A DNA stretch of 62,948 nt, filler included, from Ministeria vibrans ATCC 50519 (taxonomy: Eukaryota > Protista > Filasterea): the NCBI GenBank assembly GCA_943704425.1. It is 11 parts of 11 records of this genome, joined end to end, with 100 filler letters (N's around TTAATTAATTAA, not from the genome) between each part and the next. Parts side by side here need not be neighbours in the genome. Positions count along the whole stretch, not along the records: positions 48,915 to 52,077 come from CALSCP010001223.1; positions 52,178 to 54,294 come from CALSCP010001662.1; positions 54,395 to 56,230 come from CALSCP010002694.1; positions 56,331 to 59,281 come from CALSCP010001570.1; positions 59,382 to 60,784 come from CALSCP010000050.1; positions 60,885 to 62,948 come from CALSCP010001878.1; 5 more parts are not named here. The stretch is one strand, 5' to 3'. The first letter of the stretch is position 1. Each line of letters begins with the position of its first letter. The translations under genes and the position numbers were made by a program. Below, piece by piece: positions 50,968 through 62,948 of this stretch. The notes under the pieces are model-generated. The model was not told where the DNA came from and did no database searches. It worked only from the letters and a program-made list of their open reading frames with translations.

Positions 50968-51885
50968 CTAATCAGTCTTTTTCGTTGCGGGTTTCTTGTA
51001 AGTGTCTTTGAAGAAGACCATAAAGAGGAAAAGGAAACTGCCAATAACATAGATTCCAAAGAAGTAGCTACAAGAGCAAAAAGAGTTAGAGGAGAGTGCG
51101 TGGGATAGAAACCAGTGAGAGAACAGTGAAAGTCAATGAGTGGACACAAAACAGCGAGACGACACAAAAAAGAGTGCCATGCGAGTGGCGACAGAAAAGC
51201 GAAAGCACGAGTGCGCTACCTGAACCATGAGCCGCTGCACTGGTAGCCGGCCAAGGGCCAGTATGCCCACGACAGATTCACTGCTTCGTCAAAGATAAAC
51301 TGCAGAATTTGCAGTGTCGTAAGATACTTCTTCCACCCTAAAACACACACACACACACACAAACAAAGGATAAGGAATGAGAGGATGAAAAAGTAAAGTA
51401 TATAAAACGTACAGAGGTCGTAGCCAGTGGCCTGGATCATATAGTAAAAGTACATAAAGACATGGATAAGCGCATTGGCCGAGATGCATGCCCACTGTAC
51501 ACTACAAACACACACACACAATGTCAGATACGGTCGACTGTCTACCTCGTTATGACGTACGAGAGGTAATCATCCATGGTCTCCCAGACGAGCACAAGCG
51601 TGATAATGTGGTGGTAAACGTGAAGGAAAATAATGCGCTTCTTCTTCAGCACCAGAATGATCGTGTCGAGAAACTCATACACCTACCAACATAGCCATAT
51701 CAGTACACTCACTCGCATACCATGTACACTCGTTGCACTCTGACCTTTGAGAGGTAAAAGACGTGGTACCAAAAGTACACCTGGCTCTCCGTAAAGTGTG
51801 TGTTGCCTTGGTCGCAGTGCATGACGTACCAGCCGCCCTTGAGGGCCATAGGTAACAGGCTCTGGATAATCTTGAGCAGCATCAC
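50968..51885 (-). CDS. ELOVL: Fatty acid elongase (GNS1/SUR4/ELOVL), 5' part missing
   Basis: FYLSK|VYEFLDTIILVLKKK, FLHVYHH, NALIHVFMYFYY, WKKYLTTLQILQF; C-terminal KKTD* ER-retrieval signal. Confidence 0.95.
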
Positions 51886-51978
51886 CTACAAACAGAGAGA
51901 TAGGAGATAGAAGAGAGGAGGGAGGGAGAAACAAAGAAACAAAGAATAAAGAGAGAGAAACAAAAGCAAAACAAAGTA

Positions 51979-52077
<99 letters not shown>

Positions 52078-53511
52078 NNNNNNNNNNNNNNNNNNNNNNN
52101 NNNNNNNNNNNNNNNNNNNNNTTAATTAATTAANNNNNNNNNNNNNNNNNNNNNNNNNNNNNNNNNNNNNNNNNNNNTTTTTTTTATCTCTCTCTTTTGA
52201 GTCTCAACTGATTAAGAGAACGAGTGCGAGAGGGCGAATGTGCCAAAGAGGGGGCGCGAGTGGATTGCATGCATGCAACGGTGCACGGCACAGCAGGCAG
52301 GGGGGTCTCTCTGACGTGTGTCGAGGAGTAGTCGTCAGGGCATTAGATGAACGTAAGATGAAGTGCACACACAACTTTTGGCAGTGCCAGAACGGGGCGG
52401 GGATTCGCTTCACTTACCGGCTGGTCATGTTGAATGAAATGCTCCTAGCCTGTCCAACGTCGAATAGAAGGCGTCGCTTGTTGAGGCGTTCGGTTCAGTC
52501 AAAATTAATTGCCCCTCTGGGCGATGATTGTTAGAGTAGACTCGGTGACCTGAGAATGCAATGTGCAGGCGTGCACTTGATAGTAGAAGTGTAGTCACGG
52601 GGTCCGCAAAGATGAGATGATAAAAATGAAGAGAAAGTGAGAAACTGAGAAAGAGACAAGTCCAAGAGAAGAACGTACAAGAGTCAAGAGTCAACAATAA
52701 TAAAACATTAAACAGCACACACACAGTTGTTTTATTCTTATGAATTACAAACACTCATCAAGAATTCAAGCAGCTCACCGCCACAATCAAGCTACCGGCT
52801 ACTAGCTTGTGTCTTATAACGAGAATACGAATGAACCGACTGTTTCGTTTTCCATTGATTTGCTTTGTCGGAGACGCACGTCGCACGACGCATGAACACC
52901 GCAAGTTGATTGTCATCATTTATTTAGTATTTACTCAACAATCATCAGTGATCGCCCCTAAGGGCAAAGACAGAGTTTACGAATTGCGCATAACTCGTTT
53001 TTGTCTAGCGCTGTATTGTAGACTATTTCACACACACAATTTAGTCGTATGAAATAGGCGTTGCCATCACAGACTTGCCAAATAAATGCCAAACTCACGT
53101 CTCACGTGGCGTTGGCGCTGAGCGTTTCATTTGGACTGGAGGTGAAATTTCCAAAACTTCCTAATCGGGAGAGACACAGATCGCATGTGTAGATTCGCTT
53201 ATCTTCCAAAAGGTGTTCTCTCTCGATTGATTTGAATCAGAAAGCTCGCTGGATGCGGCGTCCACGTACACGTAATACAGTCACTAGACATTAGTCACTG
53301 CGCACATCACACATTCGTGTCGGTGTCGCCATCAGAGAAAAAAGAATTCTTTGTTGACTTTTTTTTCTTTTTTTTTTTTTTGCGCGCGCTTCAAAAATAT
53401 CTTATCGCAAAGTTCACTTGACAATTGACATTCACTCTCTTGACAAAAAAAAACAATTTTATTTTGCTCAATAGCCCTCACACCCTGCCATTGTCACACT
53501 CTGCCTCCCAA

Positions 53512-54206
53512 ATGAACATTACTGAAGACCCTGAAGCGGCGGCGGCCTTGCCTCGCTACTTTTTGTATCGCGTCGCGCAAAGTGACACTCGCAAGCACAG
53601 CTCGTCGCCGTCGCTGCTGCTCTCCGCCAAGAAACACCCAACTCCCCCACCCAATGTGCGTGACCAAGTCATGCTGCGCGGCGCGTCGCTGGGCCAGCTG
53701 GGAAAGCGAGCATCCACGGCTTCTACGTCATCGACGTCGTCATCGCTCGCGCCAATTCACATGCTGGCCAAGATTGAAACAGAGCTTCCGGCACAGCGCC
53801 GCGAACGGTACCTTCATGCGGACGACGTCTACGTGGGCACCCAGTCGGCATCAGGCAAGACGGAGTGGGATCGCCGCGAGATTGCCTGTACGCGCGAAGG
53901 CAACGTCGCCTTGTTTCACGCCCGAAACGACAGCGCGGGAAAACACGGCAAATTTCGCGAACGAGTCTCGCGCCTGCTACGCCGCTCCAAGTCCAGCAGT
54001 GTCGACGCGCGATCATCACAGCAGGGTACGTCGACCTCTCGGCATGTGCCCCTGGGTCGTCGTCCCAGCTCGTCCACCACGGGTGCCTCAAGTCACGCAT
54101 GCATTCTCGCTCTGCACATCACCGACGTTGACATCAACGTCATTGCCGCCACTCGGATGCCCGGTATCATCGGGAGCCTCTCGGTCCTTCTCCAGTCGGT
54201 CTTTCG
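53512..54206 (+). CDS. First exon of an unknown protein (partial)
   Basis: ATG at 53512, ~230 open codons, ending at a GTGAGT donor. Confidence 0.55.
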
Positions 54207-54810
54207 GTGAGTTAAATCATTCTTGTCATTTTATTATTATAATTATTTTAACTATTATTAGTGTTAAGACGTTTTTGATTTGATATTAATTAATNNNNNN
54301 NNNNNNNNNNNNNNNNNNNNNNNNNNNNNNNNNNNNNNTTAATTAATTAANNNNNNNNNNNNNNNNNNNNNNNNNNNNNNNNNNNNNNNNNNNNTCACAA
54401 GCTCATCCCGTGTCGGGATGGTCCCACCGTCGGCTCCCATAGCAAAAAAGAAAGTTATTCAGGAAACGAGACTGAAATTAGAAATATATAATTATTATTA
54501 TTAGTATTAATTAATATAACTTGTAGAGAGTCTCTCTCTCCTTATATCCTCTTAGTAGGAGTCGGGCTGAAGTCGGGAGTCGCCAGATAGCTTAGAAAGT
54601 GGTTCTGAGCTGTTTGTGTTGTCGCTTTTCGTTTGTGATTGATAATAAATTGGGAATTCTTCTTCTTCTTATTCATATTTCATTGGTCATTTTAAAATTT
54701 AATCTGAAGTTATCTACCAGGTATGTAAAGGGACATCTGTGGCTTTGAATCTGTTTGATTGACTCGCGCCCCTTTTGACTTGTTTCTATAGTTCAGTTTA
54801 GACGAGAATA

Positions 54811-55515
54811 ATGGTAACGTGGCGAACCGTCGTGTCCGCGCTCACGCCTTCATTTTAGAGTTACCTTGTGTTTGGTTCGACGGGCTATGTGGGGACCCAC
54901 TTGATGGAGATGCTTGAGGAGGCAAACAAGCCGGCGATTCGCGCCACATCGCGACTGGAAAATGTTGCTGACGTCGCAAGGTTCGCTCTCCTCACACGCT
55001 CTGCGCCCCTGAATGGCGCTCCTACCACACCCTACCCTGTGGTTGCATGTCATGTGTGTCTGTGTGGGTGGGTGGGTGTGCCTGTGTGTTTCTATTTTTC
55101 AAAAACGAAACGATTCGCTGACTTTTCATTGTTTCGTCTGTCTTCACAGTGAGCTCGATAGAGTTAAGCCTCGATATGTTTTGAATGCGGCGGGCCTGAC
55201 GGGACGTCCCAATATCGATTGGTGTGAAGACCACAAGCTGGAGACGGTGCGTGTGAACGTGTTGGGCACGCTTCACTTGGTTGATGCGTGCAACGCAAGA
55301 GGAATCCATGTGACCAACTTCGCGACGGGATGCATTTACAACTACGACGAGAAAACAGACCACCGTATGGGAGGCAAACCGTTTTCCGAAGACGATGCTC
55401 CCAACTGGACACAGTCGTACTACTCGGTGACCAAGACCATGTCTGAGCAAGTGAGCACAAGAAGCAAAAATTTCCTTCTATTCTCTCCTCACACACACAC
55501 TCAGTACACTAAGCA

Positions 55516-55601
<86 letters not shown>

Positions 55602-55981
55602 CTTCAAACAAAAATTAACTCACTCGTTTTGCTAGTTGATCGCTCCGTACCCGAACGTGCTCACTCTGCGTCTCCGCATGCCCATCTCCGAGACTCTCCA
55701 CCCTCGCAGCTTCGTCACTAAAATTGCCAGCTACCCTCGTCTCGTCAATTTTCCCAATTCCGTCACAATTCTCAAAGGTACAGCTTCGTCATGACAATCA
55801 TAGTAATAGTGTTATGAATATGATATGGTGGGAGTATCGATTGATTTTTTTCTTCTTTTTTGGCCTTTTAGATATGCTCCCTCTGTCGCTGGAAATGACG
55901 GAACGGGAGATCAAAGGAGTGTTCAACTTTACCAACCCCGGCGCAATCACACACAACGAAGTCATGGAGCTGTACAAGGAG
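54811..55981 (+). CDS. UER1: NDP-4-keto-6-deoxyglucose 3,5-epimerase/4-reductase (NRS/ER, RmlD-like; rhamnose synthesis), 3' part missing
   Basis: M|SYLVFGSTGYVG, VLNAAGLTGRPNIDWCEDHK, VNVLGTL, FATGCIY, SYYSVTK, LRLRMPIS, FVTKI, GVFNFTNPGAITHNE. Confidence 0.93.
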
Positions 55982-56121
55982 GTAACCGGTTGTGTGGATG
56001 TTATGAGTTTCTTTCTCTCTATCACGCACACAATCTCTCCATTACTTTGTTTCTTTCTCCCCTCCTCCTCCTCTCTCTCTCTCTTTCTATCACTTTGTTT
56101 CTCTCTCTCTCTCTGTCTCTC

Positions 56122-56198
<77 letters not shown>

Positions 56199-56436
56199 CT
56201 TTGTTTCTCTTTCTCTCTATCACTTTGTTTNNNNNNNNNNNNNNNNNNNNNNNNNNNNNNNNNNNNNNNNNNNNTTAATTAATTAANNNNNNNNNNNNNN
56301 NNNNNNNNNNNNNNNNNNNNNNNNNNNNNNCATTGAGTAAGAAACGCGGAGGAGGAGGAGGAGCAAGAGACGCACTAACAGACAATGCACTAACTAACCT
56401 CCACAAACGAAACACGAGAGACGCGATGGGATGTAC

Positions 56437-56513
56437 CTTCCATCGGAGCTAAAGGCAATGTCTGTGATGCCTGCGGGATGTGCCCGTCGCGCAGGTTTGC
56501 TGCGAGACGCCAT
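56437..56513 (-). CDS. WDHD1: First exon of a WD40 protein, probably CTF4/AND-1 (WDHD1)
   Basis: MASRSKPARRAHPAGITDIAFSSDG|gt resembles the AND-1 N-terminus (RKPMRYGHTEGHTEVCF); only 25 codons visible. Confidence 0.55.
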
Positions 56514-57298
56514 TTCGTAGGAAAGAGAAATAAGATTGGATGATGAATTGAATATGACTTGATCTGAAGAAGATTGTAAGAAACACAGTAGGCGTACACA
56601 TAGGAAAGTGATAGGTTGCACACAACATCCTTTTGAGTTTTGCCGGTGTCACGCACTTGCCAGCATTTCCATGGAGGTGGTCGTGAGTGGCGGACTCATC
56701 TCATTCTGACCATGGGAAAAGCAATAATTATATTGAGTGCTCCGTAAGGACGAAGGAGACAAGGGAGACGGGAGTTATTGGGTGTACTCCATAGTGACTT
56801 GCGAATCGGCGGGTAAGACGCTCAAATATTTATTCTTATTTTTCGAAAAATATTCAGCTCTCTCTGATCTATTCTGAACATTGTGGTCGACCAAACTTTT
56901 CTTTTTTAAAACAAAACACCCAGATCTCATACGCCCACTTATCGCTTGCTTTGGAATCGCTGTGTATTGGTGATTTACATTGGCTGCAGTCAAAACAGGC
57001 GTGTTTTGAAATCGATTGTGCGAATGTGTCGTGTCGGCCAAAGTTCGCACCAAATGAATTTTTGAATGATTTGATCGTTCAGTCTAATTTGTCTTCTTCT
57101 CGTCGATTTCGCTCTACCACACGGACCCTCTGTCGCATATAGTCTGGTTTTTTGAAGCCAATCTACTCGCGTCCTGCATTGCAACTCGTTCTCGACCTTT
57201 GTCTGTCTTTCAATCACTCTGCACTCGACCTTCCCTCGCGATCACACACAGTTGTCGTCGCTCCTTGCTCCTTGCCCCCGCTCTTTCTCGCCCACCCG

Positions 57299-57346
<48 letters not shown>

Positions 57347-57408
57347 CCACCACGTCGGCCAGGACACGCCACTCGCCCTCGACGCTGTCGTCGCATCCGC
57401 CCCCTCAA

Positions 57409-58492
57409 ATGCTCAACGTCTTCACTCCCCGCACCCGCGCTTTCGTTGCCAGTGCCCTCGACGGTCTCGATAACGACATGGAACCCTACCATCAGGTATT
57501 GCTCCTTCTCTGTTCAACTTTGTATTCCTTTTTTCTCTTTCCAAGTTTGCTCATTTTTTTCGTCGACCCTCCAGATGCACAGCCCATCGCTAAATGCGCA
57601 ATCGGCGCAGGCCGAACAGCTGCAACAGCTTCAGCAACAACACCACCACCTCACACAGCAGCACGACCAGCAGTACGCACTGCCGTTCAGCCCGCGGCTT
57701 GCCTCTGCGACGGCCGCTCTGTCTTCAAGCACATCTCGCGTCTCCACTGCCAACAATGGTGTCTTTATGAGTCCGCTCACACCCTCGGGATACTTCAAAG
57801 CATGTCCTCCCGCGTTTCCCTCCTCCACAACAGCAGTGGCCGCAGTCGCTGTGGCAGCCCCCTCTATCAGCAGCACCAACAGCAGCTCACCCAACGTCAA
57901 CACCAACCTGCCGGCCACGCCCATCACACTGCAGCCCATCACCGACACCAAAGTCGACATGCTCCTTGCCGTGCCCTCCGCTACGACAACAACCACCACC
58001 ACCACCAAAGCCGACGACGAGGACGCCTCTGAGGACACCGAAGAGGAACAGGCACAACGCCAGACTTCCCTCATGCCCACACTCTTCAGCGACAACCTCG
58101 AGGAGGCTCTGGTGCGCGCCTTTTTGTCGCGCCAGCCTAATCTTGGCTCGATCATCAAGGAGTCGGTGGGGCAGCACAGCAAGCGTCGTGCCACACGCAA
58201 AAAGCGTCGGCGTCGCTGTGTCGATTGCGGCACCAGCCAGACTCCCCAGTGGCGTCGAGGACCCAACGGTCCCGATGCACTCCTCTGTAACGCCTGCGGT
58301 CTCAGCTGGCAAAAAAAAGAAAAGCTTGAGCGTCTGGCGGCCGCTACAGCCTACCAACAGACAGCGACAGACAACGCTGCTGCAAGCGCTGCTGCAAGCC
58401 AGACCATGGCGACTCCCGCCAACCCATCACCATCTACGGTCGTCGACGACGACGACATGGACATTCTGTTTGAGCCAAACTCCCTCTCTTAA
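57409..58492 (+). CDS. Single-finger GATA transcription factor
   Basis: [29 protein letters not shown]; intron 57496-57574; Q/S/T-rich N-terminus. Confidence 0.9.
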
Positions 58493-58668
58493 CGATGTTC
58501 AAATGAATTGTATACTACTGTAATTTGTATTACACTGTATAATTATATTTCCAACTTCCAAGAGACTGTCATCAACTCTTTGCATATTGTGACTACAATC
58601 ATCACAATGATCACATTTTAGTTGCTCTCTCCCCCTCCCTTTCTCTCTCTTGTGTGTGTGTGTGTGGC

Positions 58669-59239
58669 ATGCTGCGAGTCCTGAGCACCCCAATTGCGCG
58701 TAAGTGGGCACAAATTCACGTGAAACGGTCTTTGAATGTGCTTTTGCTGAAACGGTCTCTGAATGCGCTGTTGCTTTGTTTGCTTGCGTCTCCGTAGACG
58801 CGTCCCAGGCGCAGGGCATCCGTGTGCTGGCCGTGGCGGTACGCTTCTTTCCCGCTCTGTCTCAGTCTCTTATTTGATCTTGTGATTCTTTCGTCTTCTT
58901 CCTCCTCTGCATCCATTGTAGGCACGCGCGTATGCGGCTCAGAAACACAACCATACGGACCAGATGGATCCCGTGATGGAGCGATCGTCTCTGCGAACCG
59001 ATAAGTTTCAGGTACAATTCTTTCTTTTTTTTTCTGTCTCTCTCTCTCTCTCTTTTGTTTCCCCTTTCTTCTCTCACCGCCTACCTTAGGCGTCTCTGCC
59101 GCTGTTGCCCGTTCCCAAACTTGAAGAGTCCGCCAAGCGATACCTGGCGGCCCTCCAGCCGATCCTGAGCGCCGATGAGTATGCGCACACCGAAAAGCTC
59201 GTTGGGGAGTTCCAGTCGGGCGTTGGTCCCCAGTTGCAG
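58669..59239 (+). CDS. CPT2: Carnitine acyltransferase, CPT2-like, 3' part missing
   Basis: Presequence MLRVLSTPIA, then MERSSLRTDKFQ|ASLPLLPVPKLEESAKRYLAALQPIL...VGPQLQ. Confidence 0.82.
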
Positions 59240-59381
59240 GTGCACTATATTTTCACTCGATCACGCTCGATCACGCTCTCTNNNNNNNNNNNNNNNNNNN
59301 NNNNNNNNNNNNNNNNNNNNNNNNNTTAATTAATTAANNNNNNNNNNNNNNNNNNNNNNNNNNNNNNNNNNNNNNNNNNNN

Positions 59382-59413
<32 letters not shown>

Positions 59414-60105
59414 AGTGATAGAGAGAGAGAGAAACAAAGTGATAGAGAGAGAGAGAAACAAAGTGATTGAGAGAGAGAGAAACAAAGTGATAGAGAGAGA
59501 GAGAAACAAAGTGATAGAGAGAGAGGGAGAGAAGAGTGTTTATGGTGCGTTTTCTTTTCTACAGACACGAACTGTTTCTGGAGGATTCTGAAGGATACGG
59601 AGTGAAAATTACAATGGCGATTATCGGAAACATTGACACACAAGGAGCAAAGGACATCACTAAGGTATATAATAATGTAGAAAGAAGAAAGAAGAGAGAG
59701 AAGGGAGAGAGATAGGGAAAGAAACAAAGTGATAGGGAGAAAACAAAGCGACAGAGAGAGAGAAGCAAAAGTGAAAACAAAGGGATGGAGAGATAGAAAC
59801 AAAAGTGAAAACAAAGGGATAGAGTGAGAAACAAAGTGAAAATAAAGTGATAGAGAGAAGCAAAAAAGATTGACTCGAAACGTATTGATAGGGCTATCTG
59901 TCGCATTTGGCGCGTCATCCGGCGGACGAATGTGCTCGTGCAATTGTGGCGTGTGCAGATCGCAGTGCGCACGAGTGCTACTATCCCTACTGGGAGACCC
60001 GTCCTGTTCTGCTTCTCCAAAAAGTTGTGCCATCCGTCATTGATTTTGCCATTCGTGCCACAGTGAAAAGTTAAACTTGTGTATGGATAGGAGTTGGATA
60101 TTTCG

Positions 60106-60647
60106 TTACTGTACATCAGGTTCAGTGGGTTCTTGCGCACCGGCGACGACCGGTTCTTCGTCTTGGTCTTCCTCTGCTTCCTCGTTCCCTCTGCCGCTCG
60201 TCTCAAACGGATGCCATTGTTGAGCGTAGTCTGCGCCGACAGGAACACGCAGCTCCGCCCACGGGTCTTCGACAAACGTCCACTTGTAGAAGTGATCCAC
60301 ACCCAAGGTGGATTCGTCAACGCGCGGTCGCTACAGAGCAATTGTGAACCAATGCACATTAATGCACCAAGCTTTGCCTTCACCTTTTGAAAATTTCCGC
60401 CCCCTCCTCTGCCGCGGCCTCCTCCTCCTCCTCCTCCTCTGCCGCCGCCACCGCGAGAGTAGCCTCTGCCATACCCGCCGCGCCCTCGGCCGCCGCGCCC
60501 GCCCCGTCCGCCTGGCGAGGCTCCCGCGTACGCTCCCCCGCGGAATCCTCCTCGTCCACGACCACCGCCGCCTCCGCCGCCGCCTCTTCCTGGATTCCCG
60601 CCCCACGGCTGCCCTGGGTGAAACGGAGGAGAGGGAAATCCGCTCAT
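60106..60647 (-). CDS. MPLKIP/TTDN1-like protein with RGG-rich N-terminus
   Basis: Intron 60384-60332; C-terminal FYKWTFVEDPWAEL resembles the MPLKIP motif YFKPSMLEDPWAGL. Confidence 0.65.
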
Positions 60648-60886
60648 GAGTTGAATAAAATTGAATTGAAATGTGTGATTACTTTTTTCAATTGTTCATG
60701 ACTCAACGATCCCCTCAAGTGATCGCTGCTGGCGTTGCCGGTACTGTAGCACAGGTGTATGAGTGTGTACTGAACGTGCCCCGCNNNNNNNNNNNNNNNN
60801 NNNNNNNNNNNNNNNNNNNNNNNNNNNNTTAATTAATTAANNNNNNNNNNNNNNNNNNNNNNNNNNNNNNNNNNNNNNNNNNNNAT

Positions 60887-60944
<58 letters not shown>

Positions 60945-60991
60945 AAGAAAGACAAAGTGATAGAGAGAGAGAGAGAAGATGGTCAAAACAC

Positions 60992-61022
<31 letters not shown>

Positions 61023-62120
61023 CACGCAAGGAAACCCGACCCGTTAGATTTAATACAAAAACGCGTCCGACAGCCCGTCGAGAAAGACACAGGGCCCGCA
61101 AGCATCCACAAAACACGCCGGGCCAACTATACCCAGGGAAGCGGGCGAGACAACGGTACCTTTGACGGCGAGCCAGAGCGTTTCGTACAGGTCGAAGGTG
61201 TTCTCAAAATACGCTCGCACTTCCCTACATGGCGAACAAACACGCCTCGTCAGTGGCCATGTGCATGCAACGGTCCCCTGTAGATCCATTCCGCACAGCC
61301 GACAGGCGTTGCGCGAGGGCAAACCGCCTGAAAAGTCGCATCTGGTGCGAGTGTCAACAGTGCTGGATCATGCCACCCTATCGGCTGTCATCGACGCAGC
61401 CGGAAGGGCCGCGCGCCAACGGAACGCATTCCCAATCGTTAGATGCGTGCCACGGCGTCCTTCGATATCGCCGAGAGCGTCGAGAAGCGGCGCATTTCGC
61501 TTTGCTGATTAAGATATGGCGCCAGCTTTTTTTTTTTTTTTTTTTTTTTTTGTCCCGATGTGTTTGTGAGTTGTTTGTCAGTGCCTTACTCTTTGGTGGT
61601 TTTGTTCAATGAGGGAGGGAGCATTGACGTGCTCACAAGCTTTCCATTGGGTTGGCGCATGATTGAAGAATGAAATGATGTATTATTTATTTATAACTGA
61701 CGAGTGACTGACCACAAAAAGATCCGAATGAAATCCGTATGACACAATGACTAATTATTATTGAGGAATAAGCGGTTCTGAGTTGTTTGGCGTTTGTGAC
61801 TCTCACTTGACACTTTGCGTTGTCGCTTGCTCGCTTTTCGTTTGTGATTGTCGATTGATAGTAAATTGGAAATGTCCTCTTCTTTTAAGACTTTTACTTT
61901 CATCTTTATGAGGTTAGTCTAATAAGTCTGCATTGCAATACTGCATGCTTTTACTTTGATTCTATTTTAGCCAACTGAGCCGAATTAGAGGTTTGATCAA
62001 ATATTTTCTAAAACACCCCTCCTCCACTGACCACTGACCATTCGCGCGCGCGCAGCATTGTTTTTAGCATCTATTCACCATGTAGCAGGGACACACCATG
62101 GTCTTCATGTTGTTTCATTT

Positions 62121-62948
62121 TTAGTCTTTGAGGGAAAGAATATTGGCAACAAAGGCGCGTTTCTCGGCGGCATCGCGACCATCGCTGCCGATGACCTCAC
62201 AGACAAGGCGAGCGCGACGCTCCACCTCAGCAGTGGTCCACTGCTGTGCCTGCAAAGGTGAGTGGCCTTCAACAGTCAGAATGTGCGAGAACAAACGCGA
62301 CAGTGCGTCGTTCAGACGCGTCACATTGTCTTCCGCACCCGCTAGAAAAAAGGCACCATTAGCATGAGAAGTTGACATTAAAAAAAGGAAGCTGGCTAAC
62401 CCCTTCGCGATGAAAAGCGCTTCAGATCTTCCCGCAACGACTCACGCACAGCAAACAGTTCGTCGCGCACTTCTTTGAGCCGACCCGCTTCCTGCTCCAT
62501 CTTCTGGTTCGTTGCTCTATAGAGTCATAGGCACATGCACTCTCGGTCAGCAGACGCACACATCTAAGCATGCTATGTACGCGCACACGCACGAATACAT
62601 ATAGTCACACGCAAATACACAGACACACACAATACACACACACGATGGGCCTTTGCTTGTACAGCAACACAATGAGAGTGCAAACCTGAGGGATTCAGTG
62701 GTTTCGCCATCGGGTGGGAGATGCGTGGTGAGCATTTTGGCCATTCGACTGCGCTCGTCGGTGAGAAAACGGTCAATGGGACGATCGTCAAGGGGAGGGA
62801 AAGGAGGAAGGGCAGTGGAGGAGGAGGAAGGACCGTTGGTGGGAGGGGAGGAGGAGACGACCGTGGTGGTGACACGGGGCACAGAGGAGGAGTAGGAGGA
62901 GCGGGAGGAGGAGGAGGGATGTGGAGGAGGTGGTGGTGGGGGTGGGGG
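62121..62948 (-). CDS. 3' part of an unknown coiled-coil protein
   Basis: Phase-compatible exons ...GETTESLR|ATNQKMEQEAGRLKEVRDEL...|GAEDNVTRLND...ILSLKD*. Confidence 0.55.

Noticed and set aside
52178-53420. Long non-coding stretch as a possible RNA gene
   Set aside because: No tRNA, snRNA or rRNA signature recognised; likely upstream regulatory or UTR DNA.
28249-60884. Repeated TTAATTAATTAA palindrome flanked by Ns
   Set aside because: Artificial contig-joining linker, not biology. It also invalidates any synteny across junctions.
61050-61322. Cys-rich ORF (CRLC...C...CSPC)
   Set aside because: In-frame stop shortly upstream and no recognisable family; cannot support a gene call.

Overview
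Intron-rich, gene-dense eukaryotic DNA, most consistent with a flagellated unicellular holozoan (inferred from an animal-type myosin regulatory light chain, a chimaerin-type SH2, DRC1, FAM161 and FAM184). It is not one locus: ten 100-bp N44-TTAATTAATTAA-N44 linkers join 11 separate contigs, so adjacency across linkers means nothing. About 30 genes or gene fragments were rebuilt by eye from GT-AG junctions: AidB-like acyl-CoA dehydrogenase, MRLC, HIG1-domain, PP2A B55, SAPS-like, Mic60, FAM184, SH2+C1, ERG25-like, hAT transposase remnant, HAUS2-like, D2HGDH, DRC1, an LRR gene, FAM161, NAE1, HAUS4, MORN, SGNH-like, EDEM3, ELOVL, NRS/ER, CTF4, GATA, CPT2 and MPLKIP-like. The most unusual feature is in the LRR gene (35256-36557): seven consecutive candidate 3-nt microexons (AG|NNN|GT). 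The distal ones are being multiplied as an ~86-bp intron+microexon tandem repeat. All are frame-preserving and no ordered skipping combination creates a stop, so this may be a codon-by-codon splicing-based diversifier of an LRR protein. All family assignments come from motif recognition and recall, not database searches.
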